NCBI RefSeq assembly: GCF_009914755.1
Contig: NC_060939.1
Length of the DNA stretch: 64,000 bases
Strand: one strand, 5' to 3'
Source of the DNA: the human T2T-CHM13v2.0 reference genome, Homo sapiens
Shown piece by piece: positions 15,946 through 31,089 of this stretch (the stretch's first letter is position 1; the number at the start of each line of letters is the position of its first letter). The position numbers were made by a program, and so were the translations under genes. Below the pieces are notes generated by a model, which ran no database searches, had not been told where the DNA came from, and worked only from the letters and a program-made list of their open reading frames with translations.

Positions 15946-16138
15946 ATGTCTTACGTCTTTTTTGTCACGCTATTACTCTATTACTGCCTTCTTTTTGTTA
16001 AGTAGATATTTTCTAGTGTACCATTTTAATTCCCTTGTCAAAAAGCATGAATCATGAAAGAAAAATTTGGTAAGTTGGATATCATCAAAATTAAAAATGT
16101 TTACTCTCTTAAAGTCATGGTTAAAAAGTGAAAAGTCA

Positions 16139-16523
<385 letters not shown>

Positions 16524-16847
16524 TTACAATTCAATAAAGTGACTCAGCAAAAACAAATGAGTAAATATTCGAACAGTCACTTTACCAAAGAACATATACA
16601 GATAGCAAGTAAACACCTGAAAAGATGCTCGGTATCTTTAGTCATTATGGAAATGCAAATTAAATCCAGGAGTTAATATTACACACTCTCTTGAATGGTA
16701 AAAAATCAAGACTGACAACATCAAGTGTTGCATGAATATGAAGTAACCGAAACTCTCATATGATTGCTGGGAGAAATGCAAAAGAGTATTCCAGCTTTGG
16801 AAAAGAATCTTGTGAAGTTTCTTATAAAGTTAAAAATATATTTATCA

Positions 16848-17050
16848 GGCCAGGCATGGTGGCTCACTCCTGTAATTTAAGCACTTTGGGAGGCTGAGGC
16901 AAGTGGATCACAAGGGTTCGAGACCAGCCTGGCCAACATAGCAAAACCCTGTCTCTACTAAAAATAAAGGCTGCAGTGAGCCAAGATCGAGGCACTGCAC
17001 TCCAGCCTGAGCAACAGAGTGAGACTCCATCTCAAAGAAACAGAAAAAAA
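16848..17050 (+). mobile_element. Alu with internal deletion, followed by (TA)n
   Basis: Left arm joined to GGCTGCAGTGAGCC. Confidence 0.85.
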
Positions 17051-17750
17051 AGGAATATATATATATATATATATAAAAAATAGCCCAGCAATGCCATTCC
17101 TTGAGTATTAAGATAAACAAAAATCTACATCCATCTTGAAAATGACAGAAGTAGATTTTAAGTGTCCTCACCACAAAAAATGGAAAGTATGTGAGGTAAT
17201 GTGATAAGTATGTCAGTTTAATTATTTCAACGTAGTCATTCCACAATGTATACATATTTCAAAACGTGGTACATGATAAATTTACACAATTTTTCTTTGT
17301 CAATTTAAATAATTACCTAAAAAGAAAATCCACACCCAGATAAAGAATTGAACATAAATTTTCACAGGAGCTTTATTCTTAATAGCCCAAAACTGGAAAC
17401 AGTTCCATGTTCATGAATGGGTGAGTGAATAAACAAACTATGGCATAGCCATCAGAAACATTAGGCTAAAGGAGAGAAATCAGACACAGACCATATGCTT
17501 TATGATGATACTGATATGAAATTCTAGAAAAGTCAAAACTTTAGTGACAGAAGGCAGACTGGCAGGGTTCGGGAGTGGGAGGAGGGGATTGACTGCAAAG
17601 AGCCATGCAGGAACCTGGGGAGTGATGGAAAGAGTCTATGACTTACTCGTTTAGGTAGTTGTAGTACTGTCTGTCAAAACTCATTGAGCTGTGCACATAA
17701 AATTGCTGAATTTGATACATATGAGTTATACCTCAATAAAGAAAATACGA

Positions 17751-18065
<315 letters not shown>

Positions 18066-18169
18066 TAGAATTAGCACTAGCAACAAAAATATAAGGTACT
18101 AGGAATTAATGTAATGAAATGCAAAAACCTTCATGAAGAAAATGATAAGATTGTGTTGAAAGAATTGGC

Positions 18170-18490
18170 AGGGACAGTTAATACCCAGCAAAGATTGCAG
18201 GTGATCTCCCACACAGCACAGCCTCCTCTGCAGTTACGCTGTGGCCTTGTGACAATGGAATATAAGAGCAAGTGATGTTCACTGGTGAGAGATGTAGTTC
18301 AGATGCGGGAATCTCATCTAGTTGTCTCTTCTTCTCCCACAATGATCTTGGAGAATGGGGGTTCAGTTCAAGTTGGTATCAGTGAGGAAAATGCTGCCTG
18401 GGCTGCACAGGACTTTACCCAAGCTGGAATAAACCTTTATTGTCTTAAACCTTGAAATTTGTGGCTCTTTCTGTTGGGGCTGTTTGTGCT
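18170..18490 (+). mobile_element. MaLR (MLT1-like) LTR fragment
   Basis: 3' end GAATAAACCTTTATTGTCTTAAACC...GAAATTTGTGG typical of MLT1. Confidence 0.5.
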
Positions 18491-18623
18491 CATTAATACC
18501 AAAGACATTAAAGAAGACCCAAATGTGGGAAGTTATACCCTGTTCATCCATGGGAATACACATTTCCGCAACAATGTCAATGTAATTTCAATCAGAAGCC
18601 CACTGGACTCTTCATGTACCTCA

Positions 18624-19025
<402 letters not shown>

Positions 19026-20179
19026 TCAACATACTTTATAAAGCTAGTGTAACTAAGACAATTGACTGTTTGAATGGGGATAGACAAGCTAATAGTACAG
19101 AATAGAGAGCCTCGACACAGACCCAGATATGATAGAGACGTGACATTGTATTGCATATTAATCAAGCCTCATTCAAGAAACAATGTAGGAAAAATTGGTT
19201 ATCCATATGCGGCAAAAAAGAAATTGAACTACGCCTTCACACCACACCAAAGTCAATTAGAGTAAGGACTTAAATGTGAAAAGCAAAACTTCACTTCTAG
19301 AAAGAATATAGAACACATCTTTACAACATCAGGGTAAGATAGGTTTCTTAAGCAAAAAAGGCACTAAGGAAGTACTAGACATTAAATATATATATATATA
19401 TATATAGCCAAAATTGACCTCATTAAAGTGTAAAGCTTCTGTTTATCAGGGAACACCCCTCCAAAAAAAGCAAAAATACAAACCATAAACAGATATTTGC
19501 AATAAATATAGCGGACAAAGGATTTAGTTTTTCAAAAAGATGTGTAAAATTCTGACAAATCAATAAAAAGACAATAGAAAATTGGTCAAAATATGTGAAT
19601 AAATATTTCTCAGAAAAGGAAACACAAACAGCAAATGAATATACGAACAAGCATCCAACCTTACTGGTAATTGGGGATTTGCACATTAAAACACAAGTAG
19701 ATATGACTAGATTAGGAAAAATAAGAAAGCCTGATGATTCCAATTATTGGCAAGAATATGAAGCAAGAGCAATTCTCATACTCTGCAGGTGGGAGTGGAA
19801 ATTGTTAGAACCACTTAAAACAGCTTGGCATTATCTTGTAAAGTGAAGATTAATTTACTCTGTGAGTCAGTTATTCCACTCCTAGATACAGAGCCTAGAG
19901 ATCCTCTTACCATGTTTTTCAGGAGCCACAAACAAGAACATTTGTCGCAGCAGTCCTGTTAATCACAGGAATGAAAACTGACTGAAATGTCTATGTTCGG
20001 AAGAACACATATGTAAATGGTGGACGATTCATATACTGGAATGCTATACAGCAATGAAAACGAACTATCCATGCATTGACAGGATCTCAAAATTACAGTA
20101 TTGAATGAAAAAAACCCAAATTATTAAAGAATGCATGCAGCATACCATTTATGCAAAGTTTTAAAATTACAAATATATT

Positions 20180-20389
20180 CAGTGGTGTATGAAGATGGTG
20201 GGTATGGCCCACCCCTAATGCAGGTAATAAAAAGGCCCACTGTTTGTAAAGAAAAGAATAATAAAACTGACCAAAATCTGATTTTTATTGTCACCATACA
20301 TCAGCAATTCTGGACAATATTATTGATAAAAATTCTTGCCACAAAGGCAGCTACTTCCAATCTCCACTCCCCACCTTGGTGTGCAACTG
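20180..20389. mobile_element. Small hAT-type non-autonomous DNA element (MITE)
   Basis: Degenerate TIRs CAGTGGTGTATGAAG / CTTGGTGTGCAACTG; 8-bp TSD AATATATT (20172) / AATACATT (20390). Confidence 0.6.
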
Positions 20390-21869
20390 AATACATTCTT
20401 TAGAGTCATTTGTTTCTATAGAAAGAGTATCATGAAAAGTAATGATAAAATTCAGGTGAGAGGTTTTCCTTGGAGGGAGGGAGAGGGACACACTTGGGCA
20501 ACAGCATAGATGCCTTCAAAGGTATTCCTTATGCTCCATTCCTTATGTTCCATTCCTTAAACTGAGTGATTGGTACATAGCTGTTGATATTATTTTTTAT
20601 ATCTGATTTACATAATGTATCTCTTCAGTAGGTACGAAATATTCCACCCTCAAGAGAAAGAAAATTAAAGCAGCAAAATCAACAAGGGGTGCAGGTGGAG
20701 GAGAAGGCATGCTTTGTAGTGCACTGGAAGCTGCAAACCCAAGAAAGAATAAAAGGGCCGTGGTCAGTCAGAAGAGAATGAGGGACCCTGGAGCAGCTGC
20801 CCAGGCCGAGGCTCAGGGCATGCGGGGGCCTGAATTGGGGTAGGGGAACTCTGGGAAGCTTTTGCTTCCAGGCTGGGGAAGCCACAGGCCTAGGTGAGGT
20901 TAACCCCAGGAAGTGCATCTGGAGTGAGAAGACGGGGGACAAGGCCAGAGGCCCAGGGAGCACCAACCTTTTGGGAGAAAGAAGAGCCCTTCAAGCTGAG
21001 GCTGAGCTTGAGAAAGGTGAAGCAGTGAGCAGAGGATGGGGTCCCATGTGCTGAGGAGGGCCTGGTGGAGGAGGTCACACCCTGCTAAGAGGACAGCAGG
21101 ACGCCGGCTGGGAAGGAGGCCCTGGATTTCACAATGTGGGCAGGTGAATTCATCAGAAATTGTCAGAGCCATGCGGTGGAGGAGGAAATGAGGACAGGGA
21201 GGGGACACAGCTCTCCGGTGGGAAGAGTGAGGAGTAGCGGCTGGGAAGAGACGTGGAGTCCAGGTAGGGATCTTACGCATCTTTCAATTGTCCCTTAAAA
21301 ATCCCAGTCGGGTTTAGCCCCACTAGGGAGAAAAAGTGCCTTCAGGCCTTCCCACAGCGCCAGCAGCACGAGCACAGCAGGTGTCCCTTGGGGCTGACGC
21401 ATAGGGTGCTCATGGTGGGGTGGAGGAGCTGTCTGCCCCTGTGCTGGGAGCATTCTATCACTGACACTGTCTGAATTGCTGGTACATGGTGATCAGAGGA
21501 AGCAAACTGACATTTAGTCACTTTTACCGTCTTTTTAAAATTCTCTACAGTTAACACACCCTTTGTTGCCTGCACCAGGGACAGACAGCTCCTACCGCCA
21601 GCCCTTGCTAAGGCTCTAGTGGGACGAGACCAGATTGAGTCCCCGGCACCTGGGTGTGCAGCCCCGCTCCTTTCTTCTAGCTGACAGGGCTGGCAAATTC
21701 CTGCCTCTCTGAGCCCCTTTCCCTTTGGCTCACTGTAACTGAGGGAAATTCTGACCTCTGGGGTGGTTGGGCAGATGACAGCAAAGGAAAGACCCAGGGC
21801 CTACCGCACAGGAGGTACTTACTAGCTGTCCTTCCCGCATCAGGGAACAGAGGAGACAGTGACTGAGGA

Positions 21870-22420
21870 CCCCGCAGCGAATGCCCCACCCACACAGGCT
21901 TCCTCTCAGCGGGGCCTGTCCCCACTGCTTCCCCACAGCCCCAGAGGCCAGGCCTCAGCCATTCAGACGCGGGGGAGGTGATCGCAGCACAGGGCCGCGC
22001 CCTGCCTCTGCCGCTCCGGGGGTCCCCAAGGAAGCACCAACGCCTGGCCGCAGGGGGCAGTTGTCATGGGGACGCCAGGGCCCGCTGAGCTGCCTCCTTA
22101 GCAACGGGACTCCCCGGCCAGTTGCCATGGAAACAGCATCCCCTGGCAAGCGGTGATGGGGAACGGCTGGGTTTCCTGCCCTTTTCCGAGGACTTTCCCC
22201 TCCTAGGGCGGGAGACACGGCACTCCCTATACCGGCGGGAGCCGCGAGGACTTGGTTTTTCCAGTCGCCCGTCGCCACCCCAGGAGGGGGCCTCTGCCCG
22301 ACCCCGCGAAGTCCCAGGGCCCGGAGGAACCCTCTGGAGACAGGGGTGGGGAAGGGGGTCACCCGGGGACCAGGCCTAGCCCCGAACAGGCACAGCAGTG
22401 GGAAGTCCGTGCCCTGCCTC
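21870..22420. promoter_or_regulatory. CpG-rich promoter-like island with clustered RFX X-boxes
   Basis: High GC/CpG density relative to flanks; GTTGCCATGGAAAC 22121-22134, GTTGTCATGGGGAC 22060-22073, GTTGCTAAGGAGGC (minus) 22092-22105, GTCACCCGGGGAC 22358-22370. Confidence 0.72.
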
Positions 22421-23005
22421 CTTCCAGAGGCCCCACATGCTGCCTCTGCCCTCGGGCCCCCACCAACCCACACAGGAGCCCAGCGCTGTTCCCCCACCCC
22501 TCGGCCACCCTCTGATGCCCTCCCCCTTGCCCAGTCACCTTGTGTCTCCAGCCACCCTCCCACTTCTGAGAGCTTACCTAAGACGGCATCCCCCTCTATC
22601 TAGCTGGATGGAGCCCAGGTGCACATTCACCACCCTCCTCCTCAGCCAGCCCTGGCAGTAGGGGGTGGGAAGGGTCTCACACCTCCCCCACTCCTGCGTT
22701 TCTCCCCTCCACTAGCAAAGCACACATGCCCACTCGCTCTCACCCTCCTCAATGATTCTCACCAGTCCATAAGCACGTGCACACCTGTGTCCATAGCCAG
22801 GCCTTGCACATCCCCCGTGCACACCTCTATGCACAGAACACAGCTCCATGCTCTTGCAGGCATAGGTTTGCACATACACAAGTGCCCTCTGGGCCATGTC
22901 CCCTGCCTTCCACACCCGAGTTCCCAAGACTCCAGGATTTCCCAATGACCTCACCCCCACCCCTATCCCTGGCCCCTAGAAGAAGGTAGCATCTGCTGGA
23001 ATTTT

Positions 23006-23021
23006 TTTTATTTAAATAAAA
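23006..23021. terminator. HCN4: Palindromic polyA element TTTTATTTAAATAAAA (HCN4 AATAAA on -, second AATAAA on +)
   Basis: Minus AATAAA = plus TTTATT 23007-23012; plus AATAAA 23015-23020; 16-bp perfect palindrome. Confidence 0.8.
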
Positions 23022-24149
23022 TATACAATACGGCGCATTTACCGGTTTCTGTTTTAAAAGTGGATTTGAAAATTCCTTGTAGGTGACTGGGTGTGGGAGG
23101 GCCCATTGCCTGCACCTGTCTGTCCCAGTCTCTGCAGAGTGGCCAGGTTGGGTCAGAGCTATTATAAAATGCATGTGTGTGTAAGTAGAGAAGAGGGTGG
23201 TTAGGCCAGGCTCTGATGGCAACGGGGCTCCTCATGGCCCTGGACCCTCCACCTTCACCCCTGCTGCCTCCAGGACAAGACTGTGGGTTTGGATCAAGTC
23301 CTGCTGCCTCTCAGAGCTGCCTTCCTTAAGGGGAAGGGGTGTGTGCAGAACTCAGGTTGAGGCTAAGTCCTTCCAGTTCTCAGAACTCCTGAGCCAGCAC
23401 AGTAGAGACCAGTACTAGGCGGCGTCTAGTCTTTACCTAAGATCCCAGGAACCTTCACCCACTTCTCTCCTGGAGTACTGCCTCCCACTCCCTGCAGCCC
23501 ATCTATGGAGAAATCGGTTTGTCTCACATCCCAGGATAGCTCAAGGCAAAACCCGATCTTGCCAACATTCTGGCTTGGAGCATGGAAGGTTCTGGATGGA
23601 TAATGTGGGACCAGCCCTTCTCATTATTTGGGGATTGCAGCCATACCTGCTCTGGCCCTATAGGCAGGGGCAGACCCCTGACCTTGGCTCTGGCAAGATC
23701 CCATCTGGGAGGAGGGAGGATGGTGCCTCCAAAGGCATCTGAGCTGCTTTCTCGTTCCCGCAATCTGGAACCTGCTTATGGCTCCTAGTTGCCAGGACTA
23801 AGCCCAGACAATCCCTTACCCTATCACCCAAGGCCGTCCCTCTGACCCCTCAGCCTGGGGATCCCCTCCCAAAGCCCTGATCCACCACTCCACATCCACC
23901 TCAGGAATCTCCCCACCATACACTCCATCCCACCCACCATTCCCTCCCTCTCTCCCTGTTGAAGTCTTCCCACTTCTCAAGGCCTGGCTCCCACCCACCT
24001 CTGGCCACACACCTTCCTTGGGCCCTTAGGGAGGCCCAGCCACCTCCTGAGTCCTGAGATTTTAAGTCTTGGAGCCCTCAGCCAAAGCTCCCTGGGCTCT
24101 CACATAGTTTGCTGGAGCAATAGGCTGGGCATATGAGGGGCAGAAGAAA

Positions 24150-24670
24150 TGTGATTTTTTATTGAGCACCTACCATGGTATGTGCCAGGCGCTGGGCTGG
24201 GCATTTCACATATAGATTTTTCTCATCTGGTCCTCATAGGTCCTTGTGAGGCAGTACCATAATTATTCCCATTTTACAAATGAGGTGACAGAAAGGTCAG
24301 ATAACTTGCCCAAGATCATACAGCTAAGAAGTGGCAGGGCTGGGATTCAAACCCAGGCCTGACTGCTGCCAAAATCTGGTGTCTTCCTTCTGTACCATGC
24401 TTGGGGACCATCTACCTCAGCCCCCCTCAACACAGTTTTCTGATGGAAGGAACACAGACTTGGGCCTCAAGGAGGCGTGGACTCGAACCTCAAATCAGTC
24501 CCCACTCTGCCACTCCTAGTTACATGATTCTGGAAAAATTACCCAAAACTGTTTCTTCCTCTGCTAAATGGGGAGAATCAAAGTACCCACCCCATGGTCT
24601 TTGTGAAACTGAAGGAGTTAATGTGTGTAAAGTGCGAAACCAGTGCTTGGCACAGAGCAGACTCAATAAA
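24150..24670. mobile_element. MIR fragments inside HCN4 3'UTR
   Basis: CCCATTTTACAAATGAGG...CTTGCCCAAGATCATACAGCTA...GGATTCAAACCCAGG core and a second fragment in opposite orientation. Confidence 0.7.
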
Positions 24671-25615
24671 CAGAAGTTCCGCTCACCTCCCACTGTACAG
24701 ATGGGCAAACTGACGGCCCCAGAGGTGGCGGTGTGTGCTTGAGGCCCTAGGAAAGGGGAGTCTTCCACTTCCGTGTGGTGAGAGGTCAGGCTGGGACTGG
24801 CTTTGAGACCAGAGATGGGGAGAGAGGGGGCCTGCTGCGAAGTCCTGGGGTCCTCTTCCCTGAGGACTGGAGAGAGAACGTCCCTAGACCATGCAGTGCA
24901 CAGCCTGCGGGCCAAGGCGGGTTGCTGGGTGTAAGGTGACCTGGGCATCCTGTCAACATGGGATTAAACTAGACCGCACACGTGTGCGCACATGTGAGTG
25001 GCTATCTACATGGCTCTACAGAGCGCTACATAGCTATACATATACACATCTTACATACATATACATATACATATTCATATACAGATCTTGCTACGTTTAC
25101 AGTAGAAAAAATGCTAGGCCCTCAGGGCCCTGGCCCTTTTCTCCCAAGGTCGCAGGCTTCTGAGGCTCCCCAGGGCACACCCCAGGGCAGCCCCTTTCTG
25201 GGGGCAGAGTGGAGCTCCAAGTTACAGCTAACGGGCTGATGGCAGCTGTTTCTCTAAATGAACACAATGACACATCTGCTCTAAGAACCGCCAACACTGG
25301 CCACTCCCACCCCTGCCCAGCCCCGGAGACCCCATCTGCCTTTCTCTGGCTTTTGCATTTGGGACCTGCCTGCTCCCTCCTCCCTCCCCCTCCCTCCCTC
25401 TAGTGCTGAGTATTAAAATAGTCTATAAAAGCAAGTGACCAAAAATCTATAGCTCTAAGAATACCTGGTTATTTTCTGCTGTCTTTTGTTTTTCTGGTGT
25501 GTGTGGTTTTTTAAATAATTATTACTGTTATTGGTATATCTCCTAATCACAGTTAAACCTGAAGGAAGAAGGAAGGGAGAGAAAAGAAGAAAGAAGAGGG
25601 AAGGAAGGGCCCAGC

Positions 25616-27497
<1,882 letters not shown>

Positions 27498-27593
27498 TCA
27501 CAAGGCCCTGCCCCCAGACTGCGGCCACACTGGATGCTTCTTCCCCACCAAATGGGGGCTGGACAGACTTTCCCATCTTTGGGACATACCCTC

Positions 27594-27951
27594 TGCTCTG
27601 GACTGAATGTGTTCCCCCAAAATTTATATGTTGAACCCCTAATCCCAGCATGATGGTATTTGGAGGTGGGGCCTAGGGAGGTGATTAGATCACGAGGGTG
27701 GAGCCCTCGTGGATGGAATTAGTGCCTTTTTAGGAGGAGGCCGGGGAGCTGGCTCATCCTCCTTCTGCCACATGAGGACACAGCGAGAAGTCAGCAGTGC
27801 AGCCCAGAAGAGGGCCCTCACCAGCCCCGACCATGCTGGCCCCCTCAGCTCAGATGGCCAGCCTCCAGAACCATGACACATACATTTCTGCAGTTTACAA
27901 GCCACCCAGTCTGCGGCACTTTTGTTACAAGAACCCAGACTGACTAAGACA
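27594..27951 (+). mobile_element. MaLR solo LTR (MLT1A-like) in HCN4 intron 6
   Basis: TG...GACTGACTAAGACA ends; MLT1A body GGACTGAATGTGTTCCCCCAAAATT. Confidence 0.82.
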
Positions 27952-28089
27952 CCCCTACCCTGGGCTCACAGACACCTCCCTCCAGGCTGTGGCCAAGAAG
28001 GGTGCTCACTGCCTCTGTCCCCTCGGTATCTCCCCAAACCAGCCCCTGGGAGCAGCTGCCCTGTCCCCCAGGGCCCAGGGCTGCCTCAC

Positions 28090-28330
28090 CTCCAAAGTAG
28101 GAGCCGTCGGCCAGCTTGGTCTCCTTGTTGCCCTTGGTGAGCACGCTGACCACGCCATGCTGGATGAAGTACATCTTCTTGCCAATGGTGCCTTCCCGGA
28201 TGATGTAGTCCCCAGGCTGGAAGACCTCGAAACGCAGCTTGGTCAGCATGGACGTCACGAAGTTGGGGTCCGCATTGGCAAACAGTGGCATGGAGGCCAC
28301 CAGCTTCCGACAGTTAAAGTTGATGATCTC
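28090..28330 (-). CDS. HCN4: HCN4 exon 6 (C-linker end and CNBD start: [10 protein letters not shown]...LADGSYFG)
   Basis: cggcag|GAG acceptor, GGAG|gtgagg donor; 241 nt. Confidence 0.98.
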
Positions 28331-28432
28331 CTGCCGGACAGGGTGGATTGGGACACGGGAAGGAGGTGGTGAGGGGAGCTGGCTGCCAGGAAGGCCTGGC
28401 TCCCCTCCACGCCGGGCCGCCACACAGCTCAC

Positions 28433-28579
28433 CTCCCGCAGGGGCTCGCTTAGCTCGCCCAGGATGCTCTCCTCGTCGAACATCTTGCCCTGGTAGCGGT
28501 GCTCGTAGTAGTCGTGGATGCGCTGCCGGGTGTCGGGCGGGAGCTTGTGAAAGGACATGTACTGCTCCACCTGCTTGTA
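28433..28579 (-). CDS. HCN4: HCN4 exon 5 (C-linker: [49 protein letters not shown])
   Basis: ctcag|TAC acceptor, GAG|gtgagc donor; 147 nt. Confidence 0.98.
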
Positions 28580-28612
28580 CTGAGGCCGGGAGAAGGGGGC
28601 GTCAGCTCCACC

Positions 28613-28626
28613 CCACCAGGGGGCGT
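28613..28626 (+). promoter_or_regulatory. CTCF core motif in HCN4 intron 4
   Basis: CCACCAGGGGGCG matches the CTCF consensus core. Confidence 0.6.
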
Positions 28627-29890
28627 CAGCAGCCAGCCCCACCACCTCGGCAGGCACCACATCCGGGCACCCACCCCGGGGGATTTCCTGGCTAAACTTG
28701 GTTCCTTGAGATCTGAGGTCTACAGTGTGGAAATGACCTCACTGTGCTCAAAACAACTGCCCGGGCTCCCAGCTGCTTGGCATGGAGGAGGGGCCCCCAC
28801 CAGCATCTGCTCCTCGCTGTGTTCAATACTAAGGAGGTGGGTGAGGGCGGCAGGGAATGTCCAAAGCCCAGTGACAGGACATCAACTGTATCTCCAGGGA
28901 GGTCGATCACATTTCCTTGGAATGTTACACTGGGGACAGGGAGGCCTCACCGACTCTGCGGGGAAAGAAGCTGTTTCCTCCCAGCAGTGACAACTGGCAC
29001 AGTCAGGAGGCAAGGGTGCGATGGATCAGAACGCTCAGAGGCAGAAGCAAGGATGCCTGGCTGCTCGATGCTATGAATCCAAACGTGGCCTCAGCTGAGA
29101 CCCCGGGTCATTTCGTTGAGAGCAACTCCAGGTAAGGGAAAAGCAGGGTAGACTAATTTGAGGGGACCTTCAAATAGAGGCTCGGGTACAAAAGATTTGT
29201 GAGCCTCAGACCCTGGGGCTCAAACAAATAAGAAACGATCCTGCCCGCCCTCACTGAGAGGAGTGGACATTGCTCCCACCATCCTAGATTGTGGGTGGAC
29301 AGTGGGATTCCCAAGAGCAGGATGAGGGATGGGAGGTATTGATTAGGCAACAACACAGACTCCTCCCGGATGGGAAGTAGAGGAAGTCCCTATCACCCCA
29401 GCAGCAATCAGAAACGGGGCAGCCTGTTTGCATCTATGTGTGCTCCAAAGAGGTGGGAACGCACAACTGCTGCACAGAAACACCCACGGGCAAATGAGGG
29501 CTGAGAAATGACATTTCCTAAACTTCTTCCAGCCACCCTGGCCTCTGACTGCTCCAAGTTATGCAAAGTCCCAGGGGACAGTGACTTCCTGGCTGGTTAC
29601 AGGGATGGAGGCAGCTGGAAAACCTGGAGCTGTGTTTTAGAGAGTCCCTCCCCTGACCCCCAGAGAACAGGTAGGGGTAGGGAGGCAGGGTCTGGACATG
29701 GGGCAGGAGTTAAAAGGTTGAAGTGGTCCAGGTGAGAGACAGACGTGGGGATGGAGAGGAGGGAAGACATTTAAGAGAAATTTATTGGGCAGACTTAGAT
29801 ATTAGCCAAAGGACAAACATTTTAAAGTCTCAAATGAAAAGCCACAGACGCCTTGACTCTGGCCCTAAAATAAACTCTGATGCATTTTCT

Positions 29891-30221
<331 letters not shown>

Positions 30222-30238
30222 TCCCAGACGCTTTTTCT

Positions 30239-30545
30239 TTTTCTTTTTTTTTTTTTTTTGAGATGGAGTCTCCCTCTGTTGCCCAGGCTGGGGTGCAGTG
30301 GTGCAATCTTAGCTCACTGCAACCTCCGCCTCCTAGGTTCAAGTGATTCTCCTGCCTCAGCCTCCCTGAGTAGCTGGGACTACAGGTGTGCACCACCACG
30401 CCCAGCTAATTTTTTTTTTACTTTTAGTAGGGATGAAGTTTCACCATGTTGGCCAGGCTGGTCATGAACTCTTGACCTCAGGTGATCTGCCCGCCTTGGC
30501 CTCCCAAAGTGCTGGGATTACAGGCGTGAGCCACAGCGCCCGGCC
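30239..30545 (-). mobile_element. Alu (AluS-like) inserted next to the AluJ
   Basis: TSD CCAGAYGCTTTTTCT. Confidence 0.92.
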
Positions 30546-30634
30546 CCAGATGCTTTTTCTAAACTAATCCCTGATCTTGACCCCAGACTAAAACCTAGCC
30601 TTGATCACACACTGAGCCCTGACCCCACTCACAT

Positions 30635-30760
30635 GCTGAGCCCCACCCCAGTCACAGGCTGGGCACTGGTGCTGGCTCCAGAAGGATCCCTCACCTGGCT
30701 GAGCCCCACCCCAGTCACAGGCTGGGTCCTGGTGCTGGCTCCAGAATGATCCCTCATCTG
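30635..30760 (+). repeat. 63-bp tandem duplication
   Basis: 30635-30697 versus 30698-30760, 4 mismatches. Confidence 0.9.
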
Positions 30761-31089
30761 GGCCCGGACTAAGCCCTGACCTTTGTAGCTCGATGCCTTC
30801 TCTACCTCCCTAGGAGGTAGAGAAGGGTCCTCTAACCTAGGACCCTGTGTTCTAGCCAGGCTAATTTCTCTGCCACCACCCCTATGCTCATCCTCATCCT
30901 GATGCCTGGCCTAGAATTCTCTTCCACCTTCTCCTTCCTCTGCTTCCCCACAGTGAGCTCTCCTTGCCTCCCAGCTCTGTAGGCTCTCCTGAGCTCTCTT
31001 CTTGGCATCATGGGACCTGGACCTCCACACCTGGGTGGCCCCCACCTGTCAGTCACCCCACCAAAGGACAGTGCCTGGGACAGGCAGGC

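Larger units (their letters stand above)
22990..25615 (-). other. HCN4: HCN4 3'UTR (cleavage site approximate)
   Basis: From the stop codon to minus-strand AATAAA at 23012-23007; contains MIR fragments and a (CATA)n-like tract near 25030-25085. Confidence 0.8.

Noticed and set aside
21955-22563. 202-aa minus ORF over the CpG island
   Set aside because: GC-driven open frame with GTG start running across the X-boxes; composition not protein-like
22990-25615. miR-1 seed site in the HCN4 3'UTR
   Set aside because: No plus-strand GGAATGT found on reading, so not claimed
29000-29137. Plus-strand donor CAG|GTAAGG after a mildly CpG-rich stretch (possible HCN4-antisense exon)
   Set aside because: A single splice-like motif with no linked acceptor or promoter; insufficient without RNA data
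30635-30760. Direct repeats as a CRISPR-like array
   Set aside because: Eukaryotic DNA; adjacent tandem copies with no unique spacers
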